DNA from: a virus
Direction: 5' to 3' (one strand)
Virus record (IMG/VR): IMGVR_UViG_3300011270_000006
DNA length: 64,000 nt
Numbering within the stretch: position 1 is the stretch's first letter; every line of letters starts with the position of its first letter. Positions 46,391-56,581 of the stretch are shown here, in pieces. The position numbers were made by a program, and so were the translations under genes. The notes beneath the pieces are model-generated. The model was given only the letters and a program-made list of their open reading frames with translations, was not told where the DNA came from and ran no database searches.

Positions 46391-46879
46391 TTACACTTCT
46401 TGGCTCAAATTCAACTGCACACTACACACCTCGACAAAATGCACCATCTGGTCATGTCCCTTGATGGCCGCTGTCCTGCTGTTATATCGTCGTTGAATGT
46501 CTATGGTACCTGTGAACATGGCAATGATGCTACTTTCCACTTGCTCTGACATCTTTGCCAATTCCTTGATGATGTCCTCGTTACCGAGTACCATTGTTTC
46601 GTAGAGGATTGGCTCCTCTTCGTCTCGAAGAAAGTTATGGTTTGCACCCAAAAAAACAGTAGACACGAGCATCTCATGCCCTCGTATCTTGAATGTCTGT
46701 TGTCCAACAACCGTGCGCCGTGATTTTCGCGCATCCTCCATCCATCGCGCCCATTTGATGGCATCAAGTTCAGGTATGGAATTATTGCGTTCGTCAAGGA
46801 TGAAATAGAACTGATACATCGCCTCACTCATTTTGGCTATCCTGTTCATCAAACTCGCCATGTCTGGCACGTGTTGCAA
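46391..46879 (-). CDS. hypothetical protein
   Basis: ORF 162 aa. Confidence 0.45.
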   Translation of the reverse strand: MQHVPDMASLMNRIAKMSEAMYQFYFILDERNNSIPELDAIKWARWMEDARKSRRTVVGQQTFKIRGHEMLVSTVFLGANHNFLRDEEEPILYETMVLGNEDIIKELAKMSEQVESSIIAMFTGTIDIQRRYNSRTAAIKGHDQMVHFVEVCSVQLNLSQEV

Positions 46880-47531
46880 TGCTCTCTAGTCCGTGCGTTC
46901 TGGCATCCTGGACAAGCGCGGTAATGGGCATGTCAAGCGGTGAGCGGAAGTCATCGTAATATCCATCCCTCGCACGTGTGATCATCTCCGGTGGCGCACC
47001 GACTTCCTCCAGCGCTTCAGCCAGGATGTCACTCGTTGGCTTTCTCGTTGCCTCTGCTACCGGATCGTCTTCTTCCGGTTCCTCACTATTCTTCTTGAGA
47101 ATATGCAGTCCGCCAAGCATGTACAGCCTATCGCAGAAATCGGCCCGTTCCGCTAGACTCCAGGGTGTCGCGTCGCCTTTGATCTCAATACGTGTCCTTG
47201 CCCATGTATCGAACTGTTCGTCCGTGCAAACTTGGACATCGATGGATTCCCACAGCCCTGCGCTATCCTGCGCACGAATGAAGACGCGGGCCAGATCGTT
47301 GACCGTGATTGGATCTGGGATATCTTTCGGAAAGAGCGTTATGGACATAATGGCATTGCAGGGTTTATGTCGTGGTAACGCCGCCGCTACCTGAAAGTCC
47401 GGTCCTCGTTGTGCTTCCATGTTGGTGAGGAAATCGAGGTACTCCTGATTAACGTATCGATATGCGCCGCAGTATGGGCAAATCAGCACAGCTTTTGAGT
47501 CACGCTGTCGTGTCGTATGCATAGTGTCCAT
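46824..47531 (-). CDS. hypothetical protein with N-terminal CxxC
   Basis: ORF 235 aa. Confidence 0.45.
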   Translation of the reverse strand: MDTMHTTRQRDSKAVLICPYCGAYRYVNQEYLDFLTNMEAQRGPDFQVAAALPRHKPCNAIMSITLFPKDIPDPITVNDLARVFIRAQDSAGLWESIDVQVCTDEQFDTWARTRIEIKGDATPWSLAERADFCDRLYMLGGLHILKKNSEEPEEDDPVAEATRKPTSDILAEALEEVGAPPEMITRARDGYYDDFRSPLDMPITALVQDARTHGLESIATRARHGEFDEQDSQNE

Positions 47532-47637
47532 CTCTCCCTCGCTACGTTTTTGCTATGATAGCACCATTGAACACAACGCTACTCGATTGCTCATAGAGCG
47601 TGCATTGCTCGTCGAGGATGGTCCATACATCACGCCC

Positions 47638-47874
47638 CTACAAGAGGCGTCGCTTGCGTTGCAGGACATCACCTGGCTCGCTTGTCCATCGATCCTCTTC
47701 AAGCCGGTAGTCCAGTTCGTATGCCAGCGTGCCGATAATCTCACGAACGTCTCTCTCTCGATATTGCTTACACTGCTGTTGGATCGCGTTCATGAGAAAC
47801 GATACTGATTGCTCTGGTGTCATTGGCGCATCTATCGCCACCGCGACTACCACGTTCTCTGGTTGTTGACTCAT
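47638..47874 (-). CDS. hypothetical protein
   Basis: ORF 78 aa. Confidence 0.35.
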   Translation of the reverse strand: MSQQPENVVVAVAIDAPMTPEQSVSFLMNAIQQQCKQYRERDVREIIGTLAYELDYRLEEDRWTSEPGDVLQRKRRLL

Positions 47875-48072
47875 TATTGCCCTGCTTTCTGCTCATACTA
47901 TGTACATCATAGATCATTATATGAGCATAGAAGAGAACGAGCCACAATGCAACCCGTGAATTACGTAATGCCGCTACGTAGCGTTCTTGTGTACTATTGC
48001 GTAGTGGTGACACACGAGCTTGCAACCTGATCCATTGTCAGTCAGCCGATTTGTCGTCTTTTGCGGGAAGTA

Positions 48073-48996
48073 TCATTGACGTTGTGTGGTTGCTGTATTC
48101 CGAAGCCGCCAGAGAAATGCCGAGGCATAGGTGGTATGTACACCAGACTCTTCACGCAATTTCTTCATCGATAGCGTTTCACCGCGTTCCTGCAATACGT
48201 TTATTGCCACTTCTAACTTGCGTTGCGTGACTTCTGGGATACACACATTTCCATATTTTGCCTCTTGTAGACTCGTCTGTGGTATACATCTTGTATGAAT
48301 CTGAACATACTCAGGTGCATAGGCGGTGAGATACTCACGCATGCACCTGAGATAGCGCATCTTGTTCCCCTTCACCGCCTGATACTTCTTCGTGGTCGAG
48401 TCACCACCTGCAATCTCATGCATGGTTTCTGTGTTCTGGCCTTGCATTCCATAGAGACGCGTCATAAGCCCTGTCGCGGTATGTCCTGGTATGGACTCTA
48501 GCGCCTGATAGAGTGGTGTGGTGTCTTGCTCGATTTCCTCGATCATGACTTTCTCTTCGATGTCAAACTCGTCCGTGTCGAATTCATCCAGGAGCGGCAA
48601 GAACTCATATGGCTGGTGTTCTGGTCCAGATGGGAGGGTGATGATATATCGGAAGTGGCAACAATAGTCCAGCATATGTCGGTGCGCGAACTTGAGGAGG
48701 TAGCCTATCGGATTCGGATGGAGAAGCGATTCTTCAAGCTTCTCCACGATAATATGGTTGCCAACATTGACTAACTCTAGCATCGGCATGTCCAGCTTTT
48801 GTAGACGCATGGCGTAGCCTCTAATCACCGGCAGCAGCGAGCAAAGAAACCCATCCTTTGCTGATCTGTCGCCAGCTTGAAGACGTTCTAGATACTCAGC
48901 AGAAGTACCAGCGTAGAGATCTTTGCGGTAGTACTGGATATCACGTTGGTAAAGCTGTTCGCTGGTGAGCAGTGGCCCCAATGGATCGCTCACCAA
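48073..48996 (-). CDS. sigma-70-family-like transcription factor (paralog 1) with C-terminal extension
   Basis: LELVNVGNHIIVEKLEE resembles region 2.2 (DLIQEGNIGLMKAVEKF); LYGMQGQNTETMHEIAG...KMRYLRCMREYL resembles a region 4.2 HTH. Confidence 0.55.
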   Translation of the reverse strand: MVSDPLGPLLTSEQLYQRDIQYYRKDLYAGTSAEYLERLQAGDRSAKDGFLCSLLPVIRGYAMRLQKLDMPMLELVNVGNHIIVEKLEESLLHPNPIGYLLKFAHRHMLDYCCHFRYIITLPSGPEHQPYEFLPLLDEFDTDEFDIEEKVMIEEIEQDTTPLYQALESIPGHTATGLMTRLYGMQGQNTETMHEIAGGDSTTKKYQAVKGNKMRYLRCMREYLTAYAPEYVQIHTRCIPQTSLQEAKYGNVCIPEVTQRKLEVAINVLQERGETLSMKKLREESGVHTTYASAFLWRLRNTATTQRQ

Positions 48997-49499
48997 CGGG
49001 TATCCTTCGTTGGCGGACTCATCCCCGCTTGCAGGATAGCATCGAAGTCCGACATGGTGGTGGCGAGTGCGTCTTCTCTCTCGTCTTCGTCTCGCTGTTC
49101 CTCTTCCGCTTTGAAGGTGTTCGCGTCAAAGTGTAACCCGAACACGGTGATGCCACCAGCGCAGAAGGACAGAATAGCGACACCCTCGCTGAGACTTCGC
49201 ATGGCTTCCCGGCTTTCAGCTATGAGACGCTTTTTCTTTTCCTGTGGTCGCTCAGGCGGAAACATGAGCGTATCACCCAGGGTGCCGAGGGTAAGGGCGA
49301 ACTCCTGAGCATGCTGGTAATCCTGAGCGTTTGGTCCGCCTTTCCAGAGAAGGTGCCGAATGCGTGGAGGGACGGTTGCTTGCAAGTGGGCACGCATCCG
49401 TGCTCGTGTCCGTTCTTCCCAGTGTGGATCTAGCAATTGGCTTCCCTTACGTCTTTTTTTGCTATCGGTGAGAGCGCTCGTATGATAACATCCTTGCAC
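48990..49499 (-). CDS. hypothetical protein
   Basis: ORF 169 aa between the two sigma-like genes. Confidence 0.45.
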   Translation of the reverse strand: MQGCYHTSALTDSKKRRKGSQLLDPHWEERTRARMRAHLQATVPPRIRHLLWKGGPNAQDYQHAQEFALTLGTLGDTLMFPPERPQEKKKRLIAESREAMRSLSEGVAILSFCAGGITVFGLHFDANTFKAEEEQRDEDEREDALATTMSDFDAILQAGMSPPTKDTRW

Positions 49500-49551
49500 A
49501 CCGTATGAGCGCTCTCACGTATAGTATACATGAGTTGCCTCAATCTCTCTG

Positions 49552-50463
49552 TCAATGGCGGCTTTCAACCGACGTATTCCGAAGTCGCCAGAGATATGCC
49601 GATGCATGGGTACTGTAGACACCAGCCTCATCGCGCAGTTTATTCATCGACAGCGTTTCGCCACGCTCCTGCAAAGCTCTCATGGCTGTCTCTAACTTGC
49701 GTTGCGTACGTTCTGGAATGCGTAGTGTCTCATAGTACGTTTGTTGGAGGCTGGTCGTTGGTGCTTGCCTGGAGTGTCTCGCTACATATTCAGGAGCATG
49801 CGTGGTAAGGTAGTTGCGTATCCATTTGAGATACACCGATTTCATATTTCTCGCAGCTTGATATCCTTTCGTCGTCGAGTTACCACCCGTGATCTCCTGC
49901 ATTGTCTCAGCATCTTGATCCTGCAATCCAAAGAGGCGTGCGATAAGTGCCTTGCCTCTCTGACTAGGGATTGCGTCAAGAGCCTGATAGAGCGGTGTCG
50001 CATCATCTTGTTCCTCTTCGTTGGTGGCTGTCTCTTCAATGTCGAACTCATCCGATAGTGGGAGCAGTTCGTATGGCGGAAGCGACGGCCCAGACGGTAG
50101 CGTGATGACACTCCTGAAATGGCGAGAACAGGCAAACATGTATCGGCGTGCGAACGTAAGGAGATAGCCGATAGGTGCAGGATGTAGGAGCGCCTCCTCT
50201 AACTTTTCAACGATGATGAAGTTGCTCGCGCATATCAGTTCCAACATGGGAACATCAGTTGTTTGCAAGTGTGTTGCGTAGCCTCTAATCACCGGCAGCA
50301 GCGAGCAAAGAAACCCATCCTTTGCGGATGTGTCGCCGCGTTGGAGGCGCTCCAGATACTCGACAGAGGTGCCAGGATGGATCACTTCGCGGTAGTAGTC
50401 TACATCCCGTCGATAGAGTTGTTCACTAGTAAGTAGTGGGCCGAACTCGTCTTCCATCTTCAC
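49552..50463 (-). CDS. sigma-70-family-like transcription factor (paralog 2)
   Basis: Same architecture as 48073-48996 (LELICASNFIIVEKLEE; LFGLQDQDAETMQEITG); the two genes share a ~50-bp identical tract (48811-48862 and 50275-50326). Confidence 0.55.
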   Translation of the reverse strand: MKMEDEFGPLLTSEQLYRRDVDYYREVIHPGTSVEYLERLQRGDTSAKDGFLCSLLPVIRGYATHLQTTDVPMLELICASNFIIVEKLEEALLHPAPIGYLLTFARRYMFACSRHFRSVITLPSGPSLPPYELLPLSDEFDIEETATNEEEQDDATPLYQALDAIPSQRGKALIARLFGLQDQDAETMQEITGGNSTTKGYQAARNMKSVYLKWIRNYLTTHAPEYVARHSRQAPTTSLQQTYYETLRIPERTQRKLETAMRALQERGETLSMNKLRDEAGVYSTHASAYLWRLRNTSVESRH

Positions 50464-50566
50464 CCATTCTTATTTTGTTAAAATGCAGTGTACCACACAT
50501 TGCTCATAGCACAAGCAAGTAGGGAGCAATGTGGCAATGCAAGAAAGAAGCGTCTCGACGGGAAAC

Positions 50567-50857
50567 CTAACGAGACGCTTCTTTCTTGTATTCATCAGGA
50601 TACGGCTTCGCGTTCAGGCTCATGCAGAGAACATGTTCTGCTCTCTGCTCATTGGTGTAGCCCTCTGCTTTCAACTCGACGTAATGGTCGAGGAGGAAAT
50701 GCAAACCATCCTCCTCAAGCCCATCCCAGACATACAGTAACTTTGTTGCCATCGCTCCCGCTCGTATTGGGGCGACCCAAAGTGAAGGATCAGAGGGATA
50801 GTGTATTCTCCGATATCCCCGTTGTGCGAGCAGGGCATCAAGGTTGGCTTCGTTCAT
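50567..50857 (-). CDS. hypothetical protein
   Basis: ORF 96 aa. Confidence 0.35.
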   Translation of the reverse strand: MNEANLDALLAQRGYRRIHYPSDPSLWVAPIRAGAMATKLLYVWDGLEEDGLHFLLDHYVELKAEGYTNEQRAEHVLCMSLNAKPYPDEYKKEASR

Positions 50858-51341
50858 AGACTTTCTCCTGACATTCTAGAAGTTAGCGAGGTTCCCATCC
50901 TTCTTCGCCAGCGAAGGATGCGATATCTTTGAGTGGATCTGCATGAAGGCCATCCCAACCCCAATACGAACTCGTGCTACATGGGCTACGCCGCGCTCGA
51001 TCATCGGGCGAGAAATCCTTAAAATATCCCGCCGATAAATTGGCTTTGCTCACCGTATAGACACCGGCAATACTTCCATTGTAGGTTCCAACACAAGCAT
51101 AGACGTGGATTCTGCTCAGAGAAGTGCCGGTGAGAGAGGAACAATGTAGAAATGCTACAGTATTCCCTCATCTACCTTGTCGTATTTGTCTGATAGCATC
51201 GCGACATCTTGAGCAGACATTCACGACCTTACCAGTGCTTAACCGTACAATGCAGACAGCCCTTTCGCTGCATCCTATACACCAGCACTTCATAAATCTT
51301 CCCTTTCTTCAGACATATGCTTGCTAACCTCTCCAGACATT

Positions 51342-51656
51342 CTACTCTGCCCAGGACGCCATAGTTTCTCCACACGTTGGGCATTTTGTGTAAGAATTGA
51401 CCTCGTGGCTCTGGAGGATGAGTACTGTACCCTCCAGACGGAAAACCATTCCGCGACGAAGGACTCGCCCATTGTGGTGCATTTCTAAATCCGCAACGGT
51501 ATAATCAACATGCGATTTGCGCTGACATGGACGGCAGAGCATCCAGACGCGCATTGTCTCCTCAGAGACAATGCGCGTCTGGATGCCAGTGATTTTTGCA
51601 AGTTGTGTAACCACAAGTTCCGAATACGTTTCCATGATTTTCTCCTTTAATTTCAT
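51342..51656 (-). CDS. hypothetical zinc-ribbon protein
   Basis: Start at 51656 with RBS AGGAGAG; CRPCQ...CPTCGE. Confidence 0.4.
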   Translation of the reverse strand: MKLKEKIMETYSELVVTQLAKITGIQTRIVSEETMRVWMLCRPCQRKSHVDYTVADLEMHHNGRVLRRGMVFRLEGTVLILQSHEVNSYTKCPTCGETMASWAE

Positions 51657-51735
51657 GGTATACTCTCCTGGGTGAACGAACGTCTTACTCAAAAAAGCGC
51701 TAGCCCTGGTGATTTCAGGGCTAGCGCGGCCCGTT

Positions 51736-52242
51736 CTAGCGGTTCCCCGCGCAGAAGTGGGCATGTTCGATCATCTCAGCGTGAAATAATTCCTCCTCTC
51801 TCTCAGCCGTCTGGCAGTGTTCGCAGTCGCTGGTTAGCTCTGGGAATTCGCCAGTCTGTACACACGAGCAGGTGTACACGCCGTCGGCATGCTTTGTGAC
51901 TATCTGGTATGTATCGTACTTCTTCAACGTGAAGGAGACGCGACCTTTGTTCTCGAAACGGTCGACGACTTCAAACGGGCGATCCTCACGAGCCGCCGCT
52001 ACACTCCACACAACATGTTTACATACGCCATTTTTGCGGCAATGCGCGAAACCGCTTTGACCAGCCTCACAAGTGCATTGAAAGCCCTGTTTGCGATTCC
52101 AGGTGACTTTGTACTCGACCAAGTTGCCAGACTCAGACTCGACCATGTAGAAATTTCCGTCTGCATGTTCGACCTTCTGACAATGGGTGATCTGCTCAAG
52201 AGTGACTGTGCTGGTATCGATGTTTTTAGCGGCTACGATCAT
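51736..52242 (-). CDS. SWIM zinc-finger domain protein
   Basis: CTCEAGQSGFAHCRKNGVCKH matches the SWIM signature; a second Cys cluster (CSCVQ...CEHC) is present. Confidence 0.5.
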   Translation of the reverse strand: MIVAAKNIDTSTVTLEQITHCQKVEHADGNFYMVESESGNLVEYKVTWNRKQGFQCTCEAGQSGFAHCRKNGVCKHVVWSVAAAREDRPFEVVDRFENKGRVSFTLKKYDTYQIVTKHADGVYTCSCVQTGEFPELTSDCEHCQTAEREEELFHAEMIEHAHFCAGNR

Positions 52243-52326
52243 TGTTTTGTGCTCCTCTAACGTCTTACTGAATTTTCGCGTACCTCATTGGTACTCTTAT
52301 AGTATGCCATATAATGGCTCAACTGT

Positions 52327-52376
52327 CAATACTTTTAAGCGTAAGTATTGACATATCTTTGAAATTGGTATAATAT
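52327..52376 (+). promoter_or_regulatory. promoter TTGACA-17-TAATAT with an 8-bp inverted-repeat operator CAATACTT-n8-AAGTATTG overlapping the -35
   Basis: Seen directly upstream of the XRE regulator gene. Confidence 0.5.
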
Positions 52377-52417
52377 TCCTATATCAGACCGACAGGCAAA
52401 AACAAAAGGAGGCATTT

Positions 52418-52711
52418 ATGAACGAAAAAGTATATACAGTAGAAGAACTGTACAAGAGATTACCGGTCTCTCTCTCAGAGCTAGCACGCAGAAGCCAAGT
52501 TAGCGAGGTAACGGCAGCAAAGATACGCGATGGTAAAACTGCAAGACTTCACACCATCAACAAGCTGCTCGCAACGTTCTCAGCGATCTATGATGTAACA
52601 CTCACCACTGATAATGTTATCGGCTTTAATGTATTGGTGGGACGCTATGGCGATGGAAAGATAGATGGACAGAAGGTGGAAGTACGCACAGAAGAAGATC
52701 CAGCAGCATAG
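52418..52711 (+). CDS. XRE-family HTH regulator
   Basis: LSELARRSQVSEVTAAKIRDGKT matches the HTH_XRE pattern. Confidence 0.6.
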   Translation: MNEKVYTVEELYKRLPVSLSELARRSQVSEVTAAKIRDGKTARLHTINKLLATFSAIYDVTLTTDNVIGFNVLVGRYGDGKIDGQKVEVRTEEDPAA

Positions 52712-52781
52712 TCCGGTGAGCAGTGCATCAGCCTCGACAACTTCGCGCTGCTCACCATTACTACCTAGAAGGAATTATAAC

Positions 52782-53207
52782 ATGAGTGATACACAGGAAA
52801 TACGAAAAGTCTTAGCACTGCACTGGCTCGTCGTCGGCTACGTATTGCCAGGAGCGCAGGCGTGGATTACAGAAGCTGGCGGCCAAGTGGTCAGCCTGCA
52901 TAGCGATCCGCCCATGATAGCCGTAGCAATAGCCTTTGACCCGGCTGGCTCCTGGACGTGGAGCAAAGGTCGTCAAGAGTATCATTGTGGTGTAGCATTC
53001 TGGAATACTGGAGAGGTTCAGGAAGCTTCTACAGGGATCACCCTGGACTACGGCAATGCCGACGGTGACTCGCCAGAGTTCTGCAATGTGCCAGATAACT
53101 ACATCATCTTGCCTGACGAGTGGTTTAACCCACAGACTCGTCAGATCGGTGAGCGTCCGGTTCCCGTCCCTGTCGATTGGGGCGATCTGGATGACTCACC
53201 TTATTAA
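52782..53207 (+). CDS. hypothetical protein
   Basis: Start at 52782 with RBS GAAGGAA. Confidence 0.45.
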   Translation: MSDTQEIRKVLALHWLVVGYVLPGAQAWITEAGGQVVSLHSDPPMIAVAIAFDPAGSWTWSKGRQEYHCGVAFWNTGEVQEASTGITLDYGNADGDSPEFCNVPDNYIILPDEWFNPQTRQIGERPVPVPVDWGDLDDSPY

Positions 53208-53224
53208 GAGACGAGGAAACACGG

Positions 53225-53449
53225 ATGGATGAATACATAAAGCAACAGTATACGAGCGCGTACGGGTCTTATGTTCCTGGCGAGTATGCCATTGAGGACC
53301 AGATTGCGACCCGACACTACGTAGGCACAGTAATCTGGTCCTACAACGTCCCTGGCAAGGGCTTGACCTATGTTGTCGATACAGGTAGCGGCTTTCCCGT
53401 AGAAGCTGCTGCTAACACGGTGATAGTGAAGAGAGAGGGAAAATCATGA
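53225..53449 (+). CDS. hypothetical protein
   Basis: ORF 74 aa. Confidence 0.4.
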   Translation: MDEYIKQQYTSAYGSYVPGEYAIEDQIATRHYVGTVIWSYNVPGKGLTYVVDTGSGFPVEAAANTVIVKREGKS

Positions 53450-53718
53450 GCGAACAGCCTGCATCCTACGGCGACCATCCCATAGCGCCGCCCATTCCAG
53501 CAAGGGTCGATACGCTAGAGCATCAGATGGCGCAGAACACCAGTGCTATCATCGCATTGGTGAACGCCATAGATAGACTGCGCACCGATATGGATCATCG
53601 CTTTGTCGGTGTTGACACGCGGCTCACCGCGATAGAACGGCAGTTAGAGGTGATTCATCAGAGCAACCAGCTTCTCGCTGAGTTGCTATCGACACGACTA
53701 CCACCGCCACCGAAATGA
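53446..53718 (+). CDS. hypothetical protein
   Basis: ORF 90 aa, ATGA-coupled. Confidence 0.4.
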   Translation: MSEQPASYGDHPIAPPIPARVDTLEHQMAQNTSAIIALVNAIDRLRTDMDHRFVGVDTRLTAIERQLEVIHQSNQLLAELLSTRLPPPPK

Positions 53719-53947
53719 GTGGATGACTCATGCTTGTGGCTCTGGCGGTGTCCGCAATCCTGGTATGGTAAACGTCGGATTCCCGGCTTCATCGTGATTT
53801 GCCCGATACCATTCAGCGAAGCCGGGAAAGATGCTTCCCATGCTGACAATCTGCTCCTCAGACATGCGCTTACGCTCAGGTGGCTTGCGGATACGCTTCT
53901 TGCGTGGCGGTTTTTCGTCGTTATTGGTCATCGTCTACCCACTTTCT

Positions 53948-54391
53948 TCAAAGTATCTGTGCTGGCAGTTCGTCCAGTGTATCATCATCAAAGCGAAACC
54001 TCACTTCACCGGCAAGATAGGATTTCACCCGTTGCGTCGCCTGGTCAAAGCCCTGCCTCTTATGGACAACGCAACTTCGACATGCAGGGACAACGTTCTC
54101 TCGTGTGAGTCCTGTAAGTGGTACTACCGTATCAATGGCGCTAAATGGCGTCACGAGGCAGTAGGCACACAGTGCATTGAAATCCGAGACGACGGAGAGC
54201 CATTCAACCAACGTGAGCGTAGCAGGTAGTTTGGCGCGAATGGCGCGGCGCTTCTCACTCTCTAGCCTGTCAAATTCTCTCAGCGTATCGCGATGGTAGC
54301 AGAGCGGACAGATGCCATAGGTGGTCCGTGCCTCGAAGGGCATTCCACAGATAGCGCAGGTGGTGGTCATGGCGTACCCCTTTTCTCCCAT
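53948..54391 (-). CDS. HNH-family endonuclease-like protein with N-terminal zinc ribbon
   Basis: CAICG...CPLC at the N-terminus; NVVPACRSCVVHKRQGF near the C-terminus resembles the HNH core. Confidence 0.5.
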   Translation of the reverse strand: MGEKGYAMTTTCAICGMPFEARTTYGICPLCYHRDTLREFDRLESEKRRAIRAKLPATLTLVEWLSVVSDFNALCAYCLVTPFSAIDTVVPLTGLTRENVVPACRSCVVHKRQGFDQATQRVKSYLAGEVRFRFDDDTLDELPAQIL

Positions 54392-54603
54392 TCATCTGCC
54401 TTTTTTAGCGCCTGTTCACTAATAGCATGTAGTCTTCGCGTCAACTCTTCCTTCCAAGCTTGCTTATCTTCTGCCTGATACCATGCTGAGTTATCCCATT
54501 CGCACGCGATTCTGAAAGCGCTAAAACAATCTCCCCAGTGGCGTCGTGCTTCATCTATCCTACTCATGATCGCATCACCTACCATCGCTCCCTTTCTTCC
54601 CAT
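54367..54603 (-). CDS. hypothetical protein
   Basis: ORF 78 aa. Confidence 0.35.
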   Translation of the reverse strand: MGRKGAMVGDAIMSRIDEARRHWGDCFSAFRIACEWDNSAWYQAEDKQAWKEELTRRLHAISEQALKKADEWEKRGTP

Positions 54604-55097
54604 CTCGATTGTTCATCGAGAGCATTGCTTATATCCTCAAGCATAGAACAGATGTACTCTTGCTGGTCAATCTGTCTTCTATCCTCAAATTTAAGAAAGC
54701 TCAGGAATTCCTCTTTTGTCACTGATTTTCCATCAATGCGAATGCCTCCATCGTCAGGACAGGTGTGTTCAAATTGAAGAAGAGCGTAGCCAAGATACTT
54801 GATCTTTGTTGGTCGCTTGGCATTTTCGCGCCTCAAGGAGAAATCTGGATGTGTAAAGGCAAAACGCAGTGCCTGGTCAACAACGGACTGCGTATCTCTT
54901 TGTGCATAGGATGGTACTGCGTTATATGTTTTGATTTCTAAGAATCTGAGGTACCCATAACGGTATTGATGCCAGACAAATCGTTGAGTTCCATCAATAT
55001 CTTCGCCGTCGTAACCGTAGATTGAGGGTATTTCTGGATGGCTCCGAAGCCATTTGCTAAACGGTGTGTCCTTCTCATCTCGACGTGACCTTGTCAT
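54579..55097 (-). CDS. hypothetical protein
   Basis: ORF 172 aa, overlaps neighbours by about 20 nt. Confidence 0.45.
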   Translation of the reverse strand: MTRSRRDEKDTPFSKWLRSHPEIPSIYGYDGEDIDGTQRFVWHQYRYGYLRFLEIKTYNAVPSYAQRDTQSVVDQALRFAFTHPDFSLRRENAKRPTKIKYLGYALLQFEHTCPDDGGIRIDGKSVTKEEFLSFLKFEDRRQIDQQEYICSMLEDISNALDEQSRWEERERW

Positions 55098-56415
55098 GCT
55101 GCACTTCCCCTACCCCACTTAATCCCTTCATTCCACCCAATGCAGATGCGTGCCGATCCTGATCGACTTCTATTCCAATAGAGTGCCGATGAAGCTTGTG
55201 TGCAGCACGCAAGATTGTTCCCGATCCACACATGGGATCGACAATAAGTTGACCAGGCTTCGTCAACTTCTCAATGAAATAGGCAGCTTCGCCTTCACCC
55301 TGTGACCATTCGTGTACAGCTTTATCACCCTTGTCACCGCGATAGAGATCCATCAACCAATCATGCGCAAGAGGCTCGCCTTTACTGAACATGACAATCG
55401 GCTTCCAGTCATTCCATAAGGTATGCTTCCATATCTGAATGTGTCCGCCAGTGTGCTGCACACCCAGAAGCCAGCAATACTCTAAATGCTGTGTAAGAGC
55501 GTCGAGTACCTTTGGAAGAAAGAGTTGGCCGCTATAGGCGAGAAGGATGCCCCCAGGCGTGAGCACTCGCTGCGCAAAAGAGGAGAGATGCGTCCAGAGC
55601 AGGAGTTGTTCCTCTTGGTAAGGAGGATCGGTAAAAATAAGCGATACGGAATTATCCTGAATGCACGTACCGATTTCCATGAAGTCCCCAGGAGGAAGCA
55701 GTTGAATGCTATTTGGCAGGATAATGGTCTTTGCCTGTTCCGTGATTTGTTCTTTTTTAACCTTCGTCTTCTCTTCTTTTATCGCATCCTTGATGGGTTT
55801 ACTTACACGTCTACCAGTTTGCTCTTTTTTCTTAGTCGCCTGCTCAACAATGGCAGATTGACTTTCTTTTGGTAGATTGGCTATGGCCTTTGCATCTGGG
55901 AGCGTAATCGTTCCATTCGCTATATGCTCTTCTAATTCAGGTGCATGCTTCATAATATCTTTGGCGTGCTGTACATACTTCTCGTTGGTCCCAAAGTCTT
56001 TAGCGGCTAAACCGACCGATGCGCCAGATATCAAGATGGAATTTTTTCCATCTTGATATTCTTCGCTTTTATGGTCGCCTCCATGCCTTTTGGCCGATTC
56101 AGCTTCATAGAGAGGTAAACTACGTACCGCAATCATCGCTCTTTGACTACTATCTAAGTGCCGACGCCTAATATTCATGCTTACCGCAAAGGAGATAAGT
56201 GAGCCTTTGCAGTCCCACTCCTGATAGCGTGGCTCGACATTCGCCTCTAGACACGCACGATACCGATTACGTCCATCAATAATCTTGTCCTGGTACGTCC
56301 ATATCGGCTGCTGTAGCCCATGTTCACGGATATCTGTAACCAATTCGTCAAACGCTTGGCCTTCGATGAGGGGAAAGAGATTTGCAACTTCGTGGAATTC
56401 CACTACCACCTCCAC
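55075..56415 (-). CDS. ParB-like nuclease domain fused to DNA N6/N4 methyltransferase
   Basis: N-terminal ParB/Srx motif (GRNRYRAC); C-terminal motif IV IFTDPPYQ and motif I VDPMCGSGT (beta-class amino-methyltransferase order). Confidence 0.8.
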   Translation of the reverse strand: MEVVVEFHEVANLFPLIEGQAFDELVTDIREHGLQQPIWTYQDKIIDGRNRYRACLEANVEPRYQEWDCKGSLISFAVSMNIRRRHLDSSQRAMIAVRSLPLYEAESAKRHGGDHKSEEYQDGKNSILISGASVGLAAKDFGTNEKYVQHAKDIMKHAPELEEHIANGTITLPDAKAIANLPKESQSAIVEQATKKKEQTGRRVSKPIKDAIKEEKTKVKKEQITEQAKTIILPNSIQLLPPGDFMEIGTCIQDNSVSLIFTDPPYQEEQLLLWTHLSSFAQRVLTPGGILLAYSGQLFLPKVLDALTQHLEYCWLLGVQHTGGHIQIWKHTLWNDWKPIVMFSKGEPLAHDWLMDLYRGDKGDKAVHEWSQGEGEAAYFIEKLTKPGQLIVDPMCGSGTILRAAHKLHRHSIGIEVDQDRHASALGGMKGLSGVGEVQHDKVTSR

Positions 56416-56513
56416 ACAGCATAATTGCTCATCTATGAACGTGTGATGAGCATTACCATTATACCGCTATCTCAAATCAACGTGTATCGTTGTAGTTCTT
56501 TCGCGCTTGCTTG

Positions 56514-56542
56514 TTGACTCGCATTGTAAGAGTCTCTACTAT
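56514..56542 (+). promoter_or_regulatory. sigma70-like promoter TTGACT-17-TACTAT
   Basis: Seen directly, 40 nt upstream of the gene at 56582. Confidence 0.4.
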
Positions 56543-56581
56543 ATCCTATATTTGTAAATATCGATAAATAGCAAAGAAAGT

